Positions 9,141 through 17,947 are shown, counted from the stretch's first letter. The stretch: DNA of 34,055 nucleotides from a bacterium (GCA_027593305.1 JAQCJA010000002.1:1-34055); one strand, 5' to 3'. The notes: a model not told the origin generated them from the letters alone. Numbers and translations: made by a program.

Positions 9141-10132
9141 CAGCCCACATCGATGCCCACCTGCACCTGTCCTGCGACGGCGACGTCGGCCTGCAAATGC
9201 TGGCCGATCTCGACTTGAAGCTGCTCAACATTTCGGTGCCCCAGCCCGACCGGCAGAAGTGGCGGGCCCGCACTGCCGTTTTCCGCTCTCTCGCAGCACG
9301 CCACCCGGACCGGTTCGCCTGGGTCGCCGGCTTCGACCTGCCCACTTTTGCTGCCGACGGCCAGCCGGAACGGGACTATGCCGAGCGTGTCATCGCCGAG
9401 TTGGATGCCGATCTGGCGGCGGGTGCGGTGGGGGTGAAGATCTGGAAGAACGTCGGCATGGAACTCATCAAGCCATCGGGGCAGTACCTGATGGTGGACG
9501 ATCCCATCTACGATCCCATCTACGACTACCTGCAGACCAGGGGCACGACGCTGGTGCTGCATATCGGCGAACCACGGTCCTGCTGGAGGCCGCTGGACGA
9601 CCCCGCCGACCCGCACTACGGCTACTACAGCCGCAATCCGCAGTGGCACATGTACGGGCGCCAGGATGTGCCATCCCACGGCGACATCATCGACGCCCGT
9701 GATCGTATGGTCGCCGGCCATCCCGGTCTGCGTGTCATCGGTGCCCATCTGGCCAGCCTGGAGTATGACGTTGATGCCGTCGCGCAGCGACTGGAGGAGT
9801 TCCCCAACTTCGCCGTGGATACATCGGCGCGATTGCTGGATCTGGCCCTGCAGGACACGACCAGGGTTCGCGCCTTCGTCGAACACTACCGCGAGCGGAT
9901 CCTCTTCGGCACCGATATCGTCGATGCTACACCCTGGTCGACGTTGCCTGCAGCGGACGTGGCGGCCAGGGCCCGGCTCACACAGGACCGCATCGCCAGC
10001 GAACTGGCATGGTACGGAAAGGCGGGTGACATGCAGATTCGCGACAGGACCGTACAGGGCCTGCAGCTGCCGGCTGATGTGCTCGATGACGTGCTGGGGC
10101 GCAATGCCGAGCGCTGGTATCCAGGCCTGTGA
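9137..10132 (+). CDS. Amidohydrolase-2 family metal-dependent hydrolase (TIM barrel)
   Basis: The start is taken at ATG 9137 (ATGA overlap with the upstream stop), giving 'MTAHIDAHLHL' with an HxH metal motif. 'VLHIGEP' and 'ILFGTD' also fit. The track ORF from 8795 is an out-of-context 5' extension overlapping the previous gene. Confidence 0.75.
   Translation: MTAHIDAHLHLSCDGDVGLQMLADLDLKLLNISVPQPDRQKWRARTAVFRSLAARHPDRFAWVAGFDLPTFAADGQPERDYAERVIAELDADLAAGAVGVKIWKNVGMELIKPSGQYLMVDDPIYDPIYDYLQTRGTTLVLHIGEPRSCWRPLDDPADPHYGYYSRNPQWHMYGRQDVPSHGDIIDARDRMVAGHPGLRVIGAHLASLEYDVDAVAQRLEEFPNFAVDTSARLLDLALQDTTRVRAFVEHYRERILFGTDIVDATPWSTLPAADVAARARLTQDRIASELAWYGKAGDMQIRDRTVQGLQLPADVLDDVLGRNAERWYPGL
9500..9523 (+). 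repeat. Perfect 12-bp tandem duplication (gatcccatctac x2) inside the amidohydrolase CDS
   Basis: Read directly from the sequence. It encodes DPIY-DPIY and stays in frame. Confidence 0.9.
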
Positions 10133-10719
10133 GACTGACCCTCGAGGACCTGGCCAACAACCCGGCGTTGCTGACGGCACAACTGGTTACCGGTGCTGGC
10201 GCACCCTTTACGGCGCGAGTGCTGCAGGCGACGGATGTCGAAGCTCTGGGGCGCTACTTCGATGGCCTGGGACCCTCGGTTCGAGGTGTCTATGGTCCAC
10301 ATCCGCTGAACGCGGATCATGCCGTGGTGCTGTGCGCCGAACTCGACTACAACCATCTGCTGCCCTTCCTGGCCCTCGATGGCGCAACCATCATTGGCTA
10401 CTTCCTCGTGCAGATCGGCGTGCGCGAGGGTGATCGTCGACGCTACATCGATCACGGGCACCCACTGGTCGACGACCAGTGCTGCATGCTTGCCCCCTGT
10501 GTCGCCGACGCCTGGCAGGAGCGGGGCCTCGGCAGCGCCTTGTTCCCCCACGTGGCCGAATCCCTGCGCCGCCTCGGCCGGCAACGCCTGGTACTGTGGG
10601 GTGGTGTCCGTGGTGACAATCCGCGGGCGCAGCATTTCTACCGGAAGTTCGGCTTCCAGCATGTCGGCAGCTTCAGGGTCCGGGACCTCGACAACCTCGA
10701 CATGGTCCTGAATCTGTGA
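10129..10719 (+). CDS. GNAT family N-acetyltransferase
   Basis: 196 aa. Acetyl-CoA binding region 'QERGLGSALF' and C-terminal 'NPRAQHFYRKFGFQHVG'. GTGA overlap with the amidohydrolase stop. Confidence 0.8.
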   Translation: MRLTLEDLANNPALLTAQLVTGAGAPFTARVLQATDVEALGRYFDGLGPSVRGVYGPHPLNADHAVVLCAELDYNHLLPFLALDGATIIGYFLVQIGVREGDRRRYIDHGHPLVDDQCCMLAPCVADAWQERGLGSALFPHVAESLRRLGRQRLVLWGGVRGDNPRAQHFYRKFGFQHVGSFRVRDLDNLDMVLNL

Positions 10720-10865
10720 GGCTCGTCGCCGATGTCGGACGGCGGCCCAGATCGAGTCACCGTCGACGCCGACCAGCGGTCGTGTCGATCTGACGATTCA
10801 CAGCGACCGTGTCACAGGGCAGGTTCAGGTCGGTGATGGCACCGTATCGGCGAGAGAGTGGACAC

Positions 10866-11174
10866 ATGAACTGGATCTGGATGACGCTCATTGGCTTCGG
10901 CCTGTGCATGCTGCTGTGGAGTCTGGCAGCCGTCGGCACGGTCTGGCTCGCCATGCGCCGGGGTGGCGCCTTCCTCAAATGGGCCGTGCTGGGTCTGTTG
11001 CTCGGGCCCATCGGGCTGTGGCTGGCGGCAAAACATGTACGGATCTGCCCACAGTGTGGTGGCACGGTTCTCAACGAAGTGCCCGTGTGTCCCTTCTGTG
11101 CCTACGACATCCCGCGCCGCGATCCGGCGGACAATCCGCTGGGTCCGCTGTGGAGCTACCGTAAGGACTGGTAG
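10866..11174 (+). CDS. Small membrane protein with a C-terminal zinc-ribbon
   Basis: Two hydrophobic helices ('MNWIWMTLIGFGLCMLLWSLAAV' and 'WAVLGLLLGPIGLWLAA') are followed by 'CPQCG..x..CPFC'. Alternative in-frame starts are GTG 10809 and ATG 10836. Confidence 0.55.
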   Translation: MNWIWMTLIGFGLCMLLWSLAAVGTVWLAMRRGGAFLKWAVLGLLLGPIGLWLAAKHVRICPQCGGTVLNEVPVCPFCAYDIPRRDPADNPLGPLWSYRKDW

Positions 11175-11417
11175 CAAGTGGCGGGACATTGCACCGGGGA
11201 TGGGATCTGCGGGGAGTACAGGTTCGTTTGCAGCACGCCGGGAATCACAGCGTGGGACTGCCAGACGCAGCCGGACGCCTCGCTCGGTTGCTACAGGAGG
11301 TCGAACGCACCTGCGGAAGATGGCCGACCACTGCCCTCTGGACCTGCCCTGTAGACCTGGTGTTGGGCAGGCAACTGCGAGCCCCTGCGCCTGGTCTTGG
11401 GAAAGGCGCTGATCAGA

Positions 11418-11654
11418 TCAGTCCGTCGTCGTGTGGTCGAGTTGCTGCAGGATCTCGTCGATGGTCCACAGGCGCTCGGCATCTTCCAGCAGGGCATCGA
11501 TGATGAACGGATGGGCCTTCACGGTATGGCTGTCGATAAACTCGAAGCCCGGTGACCAGTTGCCCTTCTGGTCCTTGACGAACATGCTCTTGTCTTCGAT
11601 GACGGTGATGTCGTCTGCTCTTCCGTGTGCTTCCTTATACCTGAACTGAGGCAT
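11418..11654 (-). CDS. Hypothetical small acidic protein (78 aa)
   Basis: ATG at 11654-11652 is preceded by a strong SD sequence (AAGGAGGAAGACCG-ATG on the minus strand). The product 'MPQFRYKEAHGRADDITVIEDK...' has a plausible composition. The upstream part of the 212-aa track ORF is R/H/C-rich and looks non-coding. Confidence 0.5.
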   Translation of the reverse strand: MPQFRYKEAHGRADDITVIEDKSMFVKDQKGNWSPGFEFIDSHTVKAHPFIIDALLEDAERLWTIDEILQQLDHTTTD

Positions 11655-12129
11655 CGGTCTTCCTCCTTGTTGGGCGCGGCATCCGTCTGCGTGCAGAATA
11701 CGCATCAAATATCGTGCCAGCTTTCTTCGCTTCCGCCCTTTTGCCTGCCTGCACCAGGCGGCCATATCTGGTAGGTCGGTATGGGCCGGATTCTCCTGTG
11801 TGACAGGGCTCACGAAAGCCAGACTCCGACCAGGGGAATTGCTTTCTATCGCCTCGACGCCGGCGCCGTAGAAAGTTGTGTAACTGGCTGTATGAAAATC
11901 ACTTGCGTGACATCCGTGCAGACAGATCGGACTCGCCAGACCGTGGCCGGGCACGTGGAAAATTGAGATAGGCCTCAGTTTTCCTCTGTCTGGCGACGGA
12001 AATTCCGCCGGATGTCGGGGACCTCTGCCAGAATGGCGCCGATGGCTCCCATCCATGTAGCCGGAAGATCGCGCTCACAGGTGTGCAAAAAACGCTCTCT
12101 TCGCCAGATGGCACGTGCAAGAAACGTCT

Positions 12130-12723
12130 TCAGCCGCGTACCACCGATTCCATGCTGATCCTGGGGCAGACGAACCGATGGATGTAATCCATGACATTGC
12201 TGGCCAATCCGCGGACCCGTTTCTCCGTGCCAGCGTCCGTGCAGACTCCATTTTCGTCAAAGAGGTCCTGCACACCGGCCACCGAAACAAACCCTGGCAA
12301 CACGTGACCGCCGACGTGGGTGACAACCGAACTGAGGTGTTCCAGCGCCTTGATGGCGCCGATCCGCCCCGCGGCAACGCCCAGCATGGCCACCGGCTTG
12401 CCCGCCAGGCCGGAGGGGAAGCCGAGATTCTCGATCACGAGTTTGATGACGCTCGAATAGCTGCCATGATACTCCGGTGTTGCCAACACGACAGCCGTCG
12501 CGCGATGCAGCGTATCGCGCACCAGCTGCGCATCCCCTTCGTCGGCCGAGCCGGGAGCCGACAGGCGCAGCTTTCGTGGATCGATGATGTCAAAGGTGAC
12601 CTCAGGGAAGGTCCTGGCGAACTCGTCGGCGACGAGACGGACGGCGTGGGATGTGTAGTTTCCTTCGCGGACGCTGCCGATCACGACGGCGACGCGGATT
12701 CCGGATGGCGTGTCCTGCTGCAT
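12130..12723 (-). CDS. NAD(P)H-dependent FMN reductase family oxidoreductase
   Basis: 'IRVAVVIGSVREGNYT' and 'LATPEYHGSYSSVIK' motifs of the flavodoxin-like FMN reductase family. The start is taken at MQQD (12723); an alternative ATG at 12753 would overlap the glutaredoxin-like gene. Confidence 0.85.
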   Translation of the reverse strand: MQQDTPSGIRVAVVIGSVREGNYTSHAVRLVADEFARTFPEVTFDIIDPRKLRLSAPGSADEGDAQLVRDTLHRATAVVLATPEYHGSYSSVIKLVIENLGFPSGLAGKPVAMLGVAAGRIGAIKALEHLSSVVTHVGGHVLPGFVSVAGVQDLFDENGVCTDAGTEKRVRGLASNVMDYIHRFVCPRISMESVVRG

Positions 12724-12751
12724 GTCTTGTCTTTTTGTGAAAGTAGATATC

Positions 12752-13051
12752 ATGCCGACGATTGAGCTCTACTCCAGTCCCTGGTGCCCGTGGTGCTGGA
12801 AAGCCCGCATGCTGCTGCGCAGCAAGGGTGTGGAATTTACCAGGATCCCGATACGGATGTATCTGGGAATCAAGCTGCCGACGGCAAACCTGCGAACGAT
12901 GATACAACGCTCCGGTGGCGATGCAACGATTCCGCAGATCTTTATTGATGGTCACTATCTGGGCACCGATGATACGCTCGACGACCTCGACAGGCAGGGC
13001 CGACTCGAGGACATTCTGCACGGCAGAGCTCCGATCTCTGGATGGGCTTGA
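12752..13051 (+). CDS. Glutaredoxin-like protein (CPWC active site)
   Basis: 99 aa. 'IELYSSPWCPWCWKARMLL' and 'TIPQIFIDGHYLGTDDTLDDL' indicate a glutaredoxin fold. Transcribed divergently from the FMN reductase gene. Confidence 0.8.
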   Translation: MPTIELYSSPWCPWCWKARMLLRSKGVEFTRIPIRMYLGIKLPTANLRTMIQRSGGDATIPQIFIDGHYLGTDDTLDDLDRQGRLEDILHGRAPISGWA

Positions 13052-13056
13052 ACCGA

Positions 13057-13085
13057 CAACATTGCTGACACCGTCAGCATTGTTG
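13057..13085 (+). terminator. Imperfect hairpin downstream of the glutaredoxin-like gene (possible terminator or operator)
   Basis: CAACATTGCTGAC-acc-GTCAGCATTGTTG forms a 13-bp stem with one mismatch and a 3-nt loop, 6 nt after the stop codon. No clean T-tract follows. Confidence 0.35.
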
Positions 13086-13293
13086 GCGATCTGTCTTATG
13101 TGCTTGTTTATCAACGCATTTTGTTAGTTTTCTGTCCGCCAGCTGCCAAAGTTATTGTCGCTTGTTGCTTCGCTGGCCGAGCCGGCTGAGGCTCACACGG
13201 TTCTGCATATCTCGTTCCGTTGCTGTAAGTTACCGCTTGACTCCAGTGTCTGAGCTGACTCAGGCACGATCCTTGCGACTGCCTGCGATTGTC

Positions 13294-15492
13294 ATGTCGA
13301 TGCGCCGCTACTTCATCGCGAGCCTGTTGGCTCTGCTCTTCACTGCGCCTTGGGCCTGGGGCTACAATGGCAATTTCGCCATGGCTGTCGCCATTGACAG
13401 TATCAGCGTAGATGGCGATCTGAGTGACTGGCCGCGGCATCTGCCCCGCTACCCCGTCGGCAATCCTGCCTTTGGCCAGACACCGGTCGATGGCGCGGAC
13501 CTGACGGCGGCATTTCGCATCGCCTATGACCATGCGCAGAACCGCCTGCTGGTCGCTGTAGAAGTCACGGACGAGTCCGAGGTCATTTCGAATCCGCCCG
13601 ATGGCGACTGGGCGGGCAACGACGGCTGCGAACTGTATCTGGATGTCACACACGGCGCTCGCCCCGCCGTGCAGTTGTCCCGCTGGGGTCTGACCGAATC
13701 CGTGCTCGGCGCCGACGCCAGAGTTCACTACGGTGTGGCTATGTCGTCGCATGAGGGTCGGCGTGTCTATGAGTGGTGGATCGACCTGGCGACGCTCGGT
13801 GCCGGCGTGCAGTTGGAACCGGGTCTCGACCTGGGTTTCGATGTCGTCGTGGAAGACCGTGATGCCGACGGCTCCTTCACCTGGATGTCGTGGGGACCGC
13901 ACACCGGAAAGCTGCAGGGACGCAGTCGCCTCGGTGACCTGCTGGTTGTTGGGGGCCACCGCTCGTGGGACGAAACGATCGAGCATCTCGGGGCTCTGGT
14001 TGGCCGCACGCAGCAGCGGGCCGACGATGCCGAAGCCGAAGCCCGTCGCAATGCCGGCCTGTTCATCTTTCTTGGCGGCATCCTGCTGGCCGTCACCTTC
14101 GTGCACCTGCTGCTGTACCTGTTCCAGCGCGAGTCGCGGGCCAATCTGTACCATGCGCTGTTTTCGGGTAGCACCAGCATCGCCATCGGTCTGGCCTATT
14201 TCCTGCCGGCGACCGACCTGGCCAGCAATGTCATGCTGCAGATCGCCTGGCTCTGGCTCATCGTCATCCATGCAACCAGTCTGCTGCTGCTCTACACGCA
14301 GTTTCACGGCAGAGTCACCCGGTTCGGCAAGCTGCTGCTGGCATGGTTGGCTCTGGGCGCGACGGTGCGTTTCGTCCATCTCAGCGCGGAAGCGCCGGCA
14401 TTCAATTACGGCACGTTCTGGTCCCTGGCATCCGTTTCCGCCATCGGCATCGCCATCGCCTTCTGTACGCTGGGCCTGCTGGTGCTCGGCGCCGTCCTGC
14501 GCCGCCGCGAGGGCGCCTGGTCGGTTGGGGTGAGTTTCCTCATCTTCGCCGCCAGTGCCGGCGTTGTCGTCTTCCGTATCACCGAGGGTGGCACGCTGCA
14601 CGCCTGGCTGCTGGCTGGCATCCTTCTGCCGCTGGCTTCCATGTCCCTGCGTCTGGTCCGCTCGGTCAGTGCCATTCAGCAGGACCTGAGTCGCCGCTAC
14701 GCGGACGTCGAAGGACTGTCGGCGCGACTGGCGGAACAGAACCGATCGCTGGAACTGGCCAACATCAAGATCCGCGAGGGCAGTCGCCGCGTGCAGGAGG
14801 CGGATCGGCTGAAATCGGCGTTCCTGGCGCACATGTCCCACGACCTGCGAACCCCGTTGAATGCGATCATCGGCTACACCCGCATCCTGCTGCGACGGGT
14901 GCAGGGCGAGATCGACGCGCGGCAGTATCGCAACCTGGAGAACATCCGCGTCAGTGCCGACAACCTGCTGCTGCTCATCAATGACATCCTCGACCTGTCG
15001 CGCATCGAATCGGGACGTACCGAGATCCACATAGAGGACGTGGATCTCCAACGCCTCGCAGACGACTGCCTGGCAGGGCTGCAATCGCTGGTCCCGGACG
15101 GCGTGGAACTGGTCCGTGACCTGCAGGTGGTGGCACCGGTACGAACCGACGCGGCCCGTGTGCGCCGCGTGCTGCAGAACCTGCTGGGCAATGCCGTCAA
15201 GTACACCGAGTCCGGCAGCATCACACTGCGCTTGCGGTCGCTGGGTGATGGTGTGGAGCTGTCCGTCAGCGACACCGGTGTCGGCATTCCCCCGGAAGAC
15301 CTGGCCCACGTGTTCGACGAATTCCGCCAGGTGGAGCGCAAGGACAAGAAACGCGAAGGCAGCGGCCTGGGTCTGGCCATCGTTCGCCGTTCCGTGGAGA
15401 TGCTCAACGGCAGCGTCACCGCCTCCAGCACCGTTGGCCGTGGTTCGACATTCACCGTGCGACTGCCTTGGGCAGCTGCTGCAGTCTCCTGA
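13294..15492 (+). CDS. Sensor histidine kinase with an extracellular CBM9/DOMON-like domain, a multi-pass (about 7TM) membrane module, HisKA and HATPase_c
   Basis: The start is taken at 'MSMRRYFIASLLALLFTAPWAWG' (signal peptide). 'SVDGDLSDWP' is CBM9-like. About 7-8 hydrophobic helices follow. H-box 'FLAHMSHDLRTPLNAI', N-box 'LLGNAVKYT', G-boxes 'DTGVGI' and 'GSGLGL'. Confidence 0.9.
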   Translation: MSMRRYFIASLLALLFTAPWAWGYNGNFAMAVAIDSISVDGDLSDWPRHLPRYPVGNPAFGQTPVDGADLTAAFRIAYDHAQNRLLVAVEVTDESEVISNPPDGDWAGNDGCELYLDVTHGARPAVQLSRWGLTESVLGADARVHYGVAMSSHEGRRVYEWWIDLATLGAGVQLEPGLDLGFDVVVEDRDADGSFTWMSWGPHTGKLQGRSRLGDLLVVGGHRSWDETIEHLGALVGRTQQRADDAEAEARRNAGLFIFLGGILLAVTFVHLLLYLFQRESRANLYHALFSGSTSIAIGLAYFLPATDLASNVMLQIAWLWLIVIHATSLLLLYTQFHGRVTRFGKLLLAWLALGATVRFVHLSAEAPAFNYGTFWSLASVSAIGIAIAFCTLGLLVLGAVLRRREGAWSVGVSFLIFAASAGVVVFRITEGGTLHAWLLAGILLPLASMSLRLVRSVSAIQQDLSRRYADVEGLSARLAEQNRSLELANIKIREGSRRVQEADRLKSAFLAHMSHDLRTPLNAIIGYTRILLRRVQGEIDARQYRNLENIRVSADNLLLLINDILDLSRIESGRTEIHIEDVDLQRLADDCLAGLQSLVPDGVELVRDLQVVAPVRTDAARVRRVLQNLLGNAVKYTESGSITLRLRSLGDGVELSVSDTGVGIPPEDLAHVFDEFRQVERKDKKREGSGLGLAIVRRSVEMLNGSVTASSTVGRGSTFTVRLPWAAAAVS

Positions 15493-15594
15493 AGTCGGTG
15501 GACGTTTGAGCCAATGCTCCCGGGCACCTTGTTTCCATGATATGCCTGGCGCCAGACAATCCAAGCGGCAACCATCGGCAGCAAGCGGTATGCA

Positions 15595-16848
15595 TTGAGC
15601 GACGAGTCGCCGCGCGCCACCCACGACCCGTATGCGCCGTTTCGCGTTTCAGCCTATCGCCGGTACGCCTTTGGCGGCATCGTCACGCGACTGGGCACCC
15701 GCATGCAGTCTGTCGCTGTGGGCTGGGATGTCTACCAGCGTACGGGTGAACCCCTGGCCCTGGGTCTCGTCGGCCTGGTGCAGGTGATTCCCGCCATCCT
15801 GCTGGCGCTGCCCGCCGGTTGGTTGGCCGATAGCTTCGACCGACGGAAAGTTGTGTTGTTGAGCCTGTTGGGCATGAGTCTGACCTCCGCCGGCCTGGCC
15901 CTGCAGGCCGTGCTCCATGCCGATGTATGGGTCGTCTACACGCTGCTGACGCTGGACGCCGTTGTCGGCTCCCTCGGGCGCCCGGCGCGCTCCTCGCTGG
16001 TGCCCCGCCTCGTGCCGCGTGAGATCTTTCCCAGTGCCGTCGCCTGGAACAACAGCATGTTCCAGCTGGCCGGCTTCGTCGGCCCGGCGATCGGTGGTTT
16101 CGTCATCGCCGCTTCGATCCCCGCCGCCTACGCGCTGACAGCCGTCAGTTCTCTGCTGTTTGCCGTGCTGCTGGCGCGCATTCCGGAGGCAGCGGGTGTT
16201 GCCGACAATGGCGGGGGCCACGCGACGCTGTCGACGGTGTTTGATGGCATCCACTACCTGCGCCGCACGCGCGTGCTGCTGGCAATCATCTCCCTCGACA
16301 TGTTCGCCGTGCTGCTCGGCGGCGCCGTCTATCTGTTGCCGGTTTTCGCCGAGGACATTCTCGCCGTCGGCGCCGAAGGGCTGGGCTACCTGCACGCGGC
16401 GCCGGCCGTGGGGGCATTGCTCACGGCCCTGCTGCTGGCACATCTGCCACCGTTGGCCAAAGCCGGGCGCGCCCTGTTGCTAGCGGTCGCCGGTTTTGGT
16501 GTGGCGACGATCCTCTTCGGCCTCTCCAGCAACCTCCACCTGTCCCTTGCCATGTTGTTTCTTACGGGGGCCTTCGATCAGGTGAGCATGGTCGTGCGCC
16601 ATACCATGGTGCAACTGACAACGCCGGATGCGATGCGGGGCCGGGTGTCGGCCGTAAACGGCGTCTTTGTTTCTGCCAGCAACGAACTGGGTGGTTTCGA
16701 ATCGGGTCTGGTGGCGCATTGGTTCGGCCCGATCATTGCCGTCGTTTCCGGTGGCATCGGCACCTTGCTCGTCGTCGTCGCCACCGCCTGGGCGGCGCCG
16801 CAGTTGCGCCGCTTCGGCTCCCTGGGCGAAATCCACACCAAGAGCTAG
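15595..16848 (+). CDS. MFS transporter (EntS/MFS_3-like)
   Basis: 417 aa, about 12 TM helices. 'LPAGWLADSFDRRKV' loop motif. TTG start at 15595; the conserved N-terminal 'FRVSAYRRYAFGG' requires a start this far upstream. Confidence 0.85.
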   Translation: MSDESPRATHDPYAPFRVSAYRRYAFGGIVTRLGTRMQSVAVGWDVYQRTGEPLALGLVGLVQVIPAILLALPAGWLADSFDRRKVVLLSLLGMSLTSAGLALQAVLHADVWVVYTLLTLDAVVGSLGRPARSSLVPRLVPREIFPSAVAWNNSMFQLAGFVGPAIGGFVIAASIPAAYALTAVSSLLFAVLLARIPEAAGVADNGGGHATLSTVFDGIHYLRRTRVLLAIISLDMFAVLLGGAVYLLPVFAEDILAVGAEGLGYLHAAPAVGALLTALLLAHLPPLAKAGRALLLAVAGFGVATILFGLSSNLHLSLAMLFLTGAFDQVSMVVRHTMVQLTTPDAMRGRVSAVNGVFVSASNELGGFESGLVAHWFGPIIAVVSGGIGTLLVVVATAWAAPQLRRFGSLGEIHTKS

Positions 16849-16873
16849 ATCTCCCGATGCAAGGACCCACACA

Positions 16874-17947
16874 ATGAGCAACACTCGCTACCGCGCCGCG
16901 ATCGTCGGCCTGGGTTTCATTGGCGGCGCCGACCAGGTTTCCGGCGATGTACTGGGGCAGCGCGTGGAGGATCTGGATGGCACCCATGTGCTGGCCCTGC
17001 GCGGCCATGACCGCGTCGATCTCGTCGCCGGCAGCAGCCGCGATGAGGGCCGACGCCAGCGCTTCCACGAACGTTTCGCTGTACCCGTCTTCGCCGACTG
17101 GCGCCAGATGCTGCGCCAGGCAGCCCCCCTCGATATCGTCAACATCGCCACCTACACGCCGGCTCATGCCGAGGTGACCCACGCCGCACTGGAGGCTGGG
17201 GCGCGGGTGATCTATTGTGAGAAACCTGTGGCTGCCACCGTCGCCGAGGCGCAGGGCATGGTCGACGCCTGTGACGACGCCGGCGCTTTGCTGGTGATCA
17301 ATCACAACATGCGCTTTCACCCTTCCTTCCGCCGCCTGCGGGATCTGCTGGCCGACGGCGGCATCGGTACGTTGACGTCGGTGTCCGCCCAGTGGCCCAC
17401 GGGTCGCCTTGGCAACGTCGGCACACACATGATCGACGCGGTTCAGATGGTCACCGGATTGTCGGTAACCGGTGTCAGCGGCACCCTCGACACATCTGCC
17501 AGGCCCGACTGCCGCGGGGACGCCTTCCACGACCCCGGAGGCTGGGGTGTGCTGCGTCTGGGTCGCCAACTGCCGCCCGGCGGCAGCGGCCCCGCCGGCG
17601 ACTTGCACTGCGTGATTGATGCTGCAGACTACGGGGCCACTCCCTTGCGGCTGCGTTTTCATGGCACCGATGGCCATGCCGTGTGCCGTGGCCGCGAGGT
17701 GACCATCGTTCGTGGCAGCCATACCGAGACCTGGCCCAAGCAGTATCCAGAGTCCGGCATGGACCGCGCCGTGGGCGAGGCGGTGCAGTGGCTCGACGGG
17801 CTGGGTCCCTTTCCGTACGATGCGTGGCAGGCGGTGCGTACACTGGAAGCGATCGTCGCCTTCCATCTGTCGCATGCGCGCGGTGGCCTGCGCATCGACG
17901 TGCCGCTGTCAGGGCCAGACCGACACCATGTCCTGCACAGTGGCTGA
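16874..17947 (+). CDS. Gfo/Idh/MocA family oxidoreductase
   Basis: The start is taken at 'MSNTRYRAAIVGLGFIGG' (Rossmann motif). 'YCEKPVA' EKP motif. The track ORF from 16667 is a 5' extension overlapping the MFS gene. Confidence 0.8.
   Translation: MSNTRYRAAIVGLGFIGGADQVSGDVLGQRVEDLDGTHVLALRGHDRVDLVAGSSRDEGRRQRFHERFAVPVFADWRQMLRQAAPLDIVNIATYTPAHAEVTHAALEAGARVIYCEKPVAATVAEAQGMVDACDDAGALLVINHNMRFHPSFRRLRDLLADGGIGTLTSVSAQWPTGRLGNVGTHMIDAVQMVTGLSVTGVSGTLDTSARPDCRGDAFHDPGGWGVLRLGRQLPPGGSGPAGDLHCVIDAADYGATPLRLRFHGTDGHAVCRGREVTIVRGSHTETWPKQYPESGMDRAVGEAVQWLDGLGPFPYDAWQAVRTLEAIVAFHLSHARGGLRIDVPLSGPDRHHVLHSG

Noticed and set aside
11655-12056. The upstream 134 codons of the 212-aa minus-strand ORF containing the 78-aa gene.
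   Set aside because: The composition (H/R/C/G-rich, for example 'HRRHSGRGPRHPAEF') is unlike a real protein. A consensus SD sequence sits immediately before the internal ATG at 11654.
12109-12124. A TGGCAC sequence resembling the -24 element of a sigma-54 promoter.
   Set aside because: The required TTGC -12 element is absent at the N5 spacing; the sequence reads TGGCAC-gtgca-AGAA. On the + strand the site points into the antisense strand of the FMN reductase gene.
13111-15624. An 837-aa ORF on the minus strand, the longest in the track.
   Set aside because: It lies exactly antisense to the histidine kinase, whose H/N/G boxes are unambiguous. The antisense product is rich in Arg, Gly, Ala and Gln and has no recognisable motif. 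This is a typical shadow ORF in high-GC DNA.
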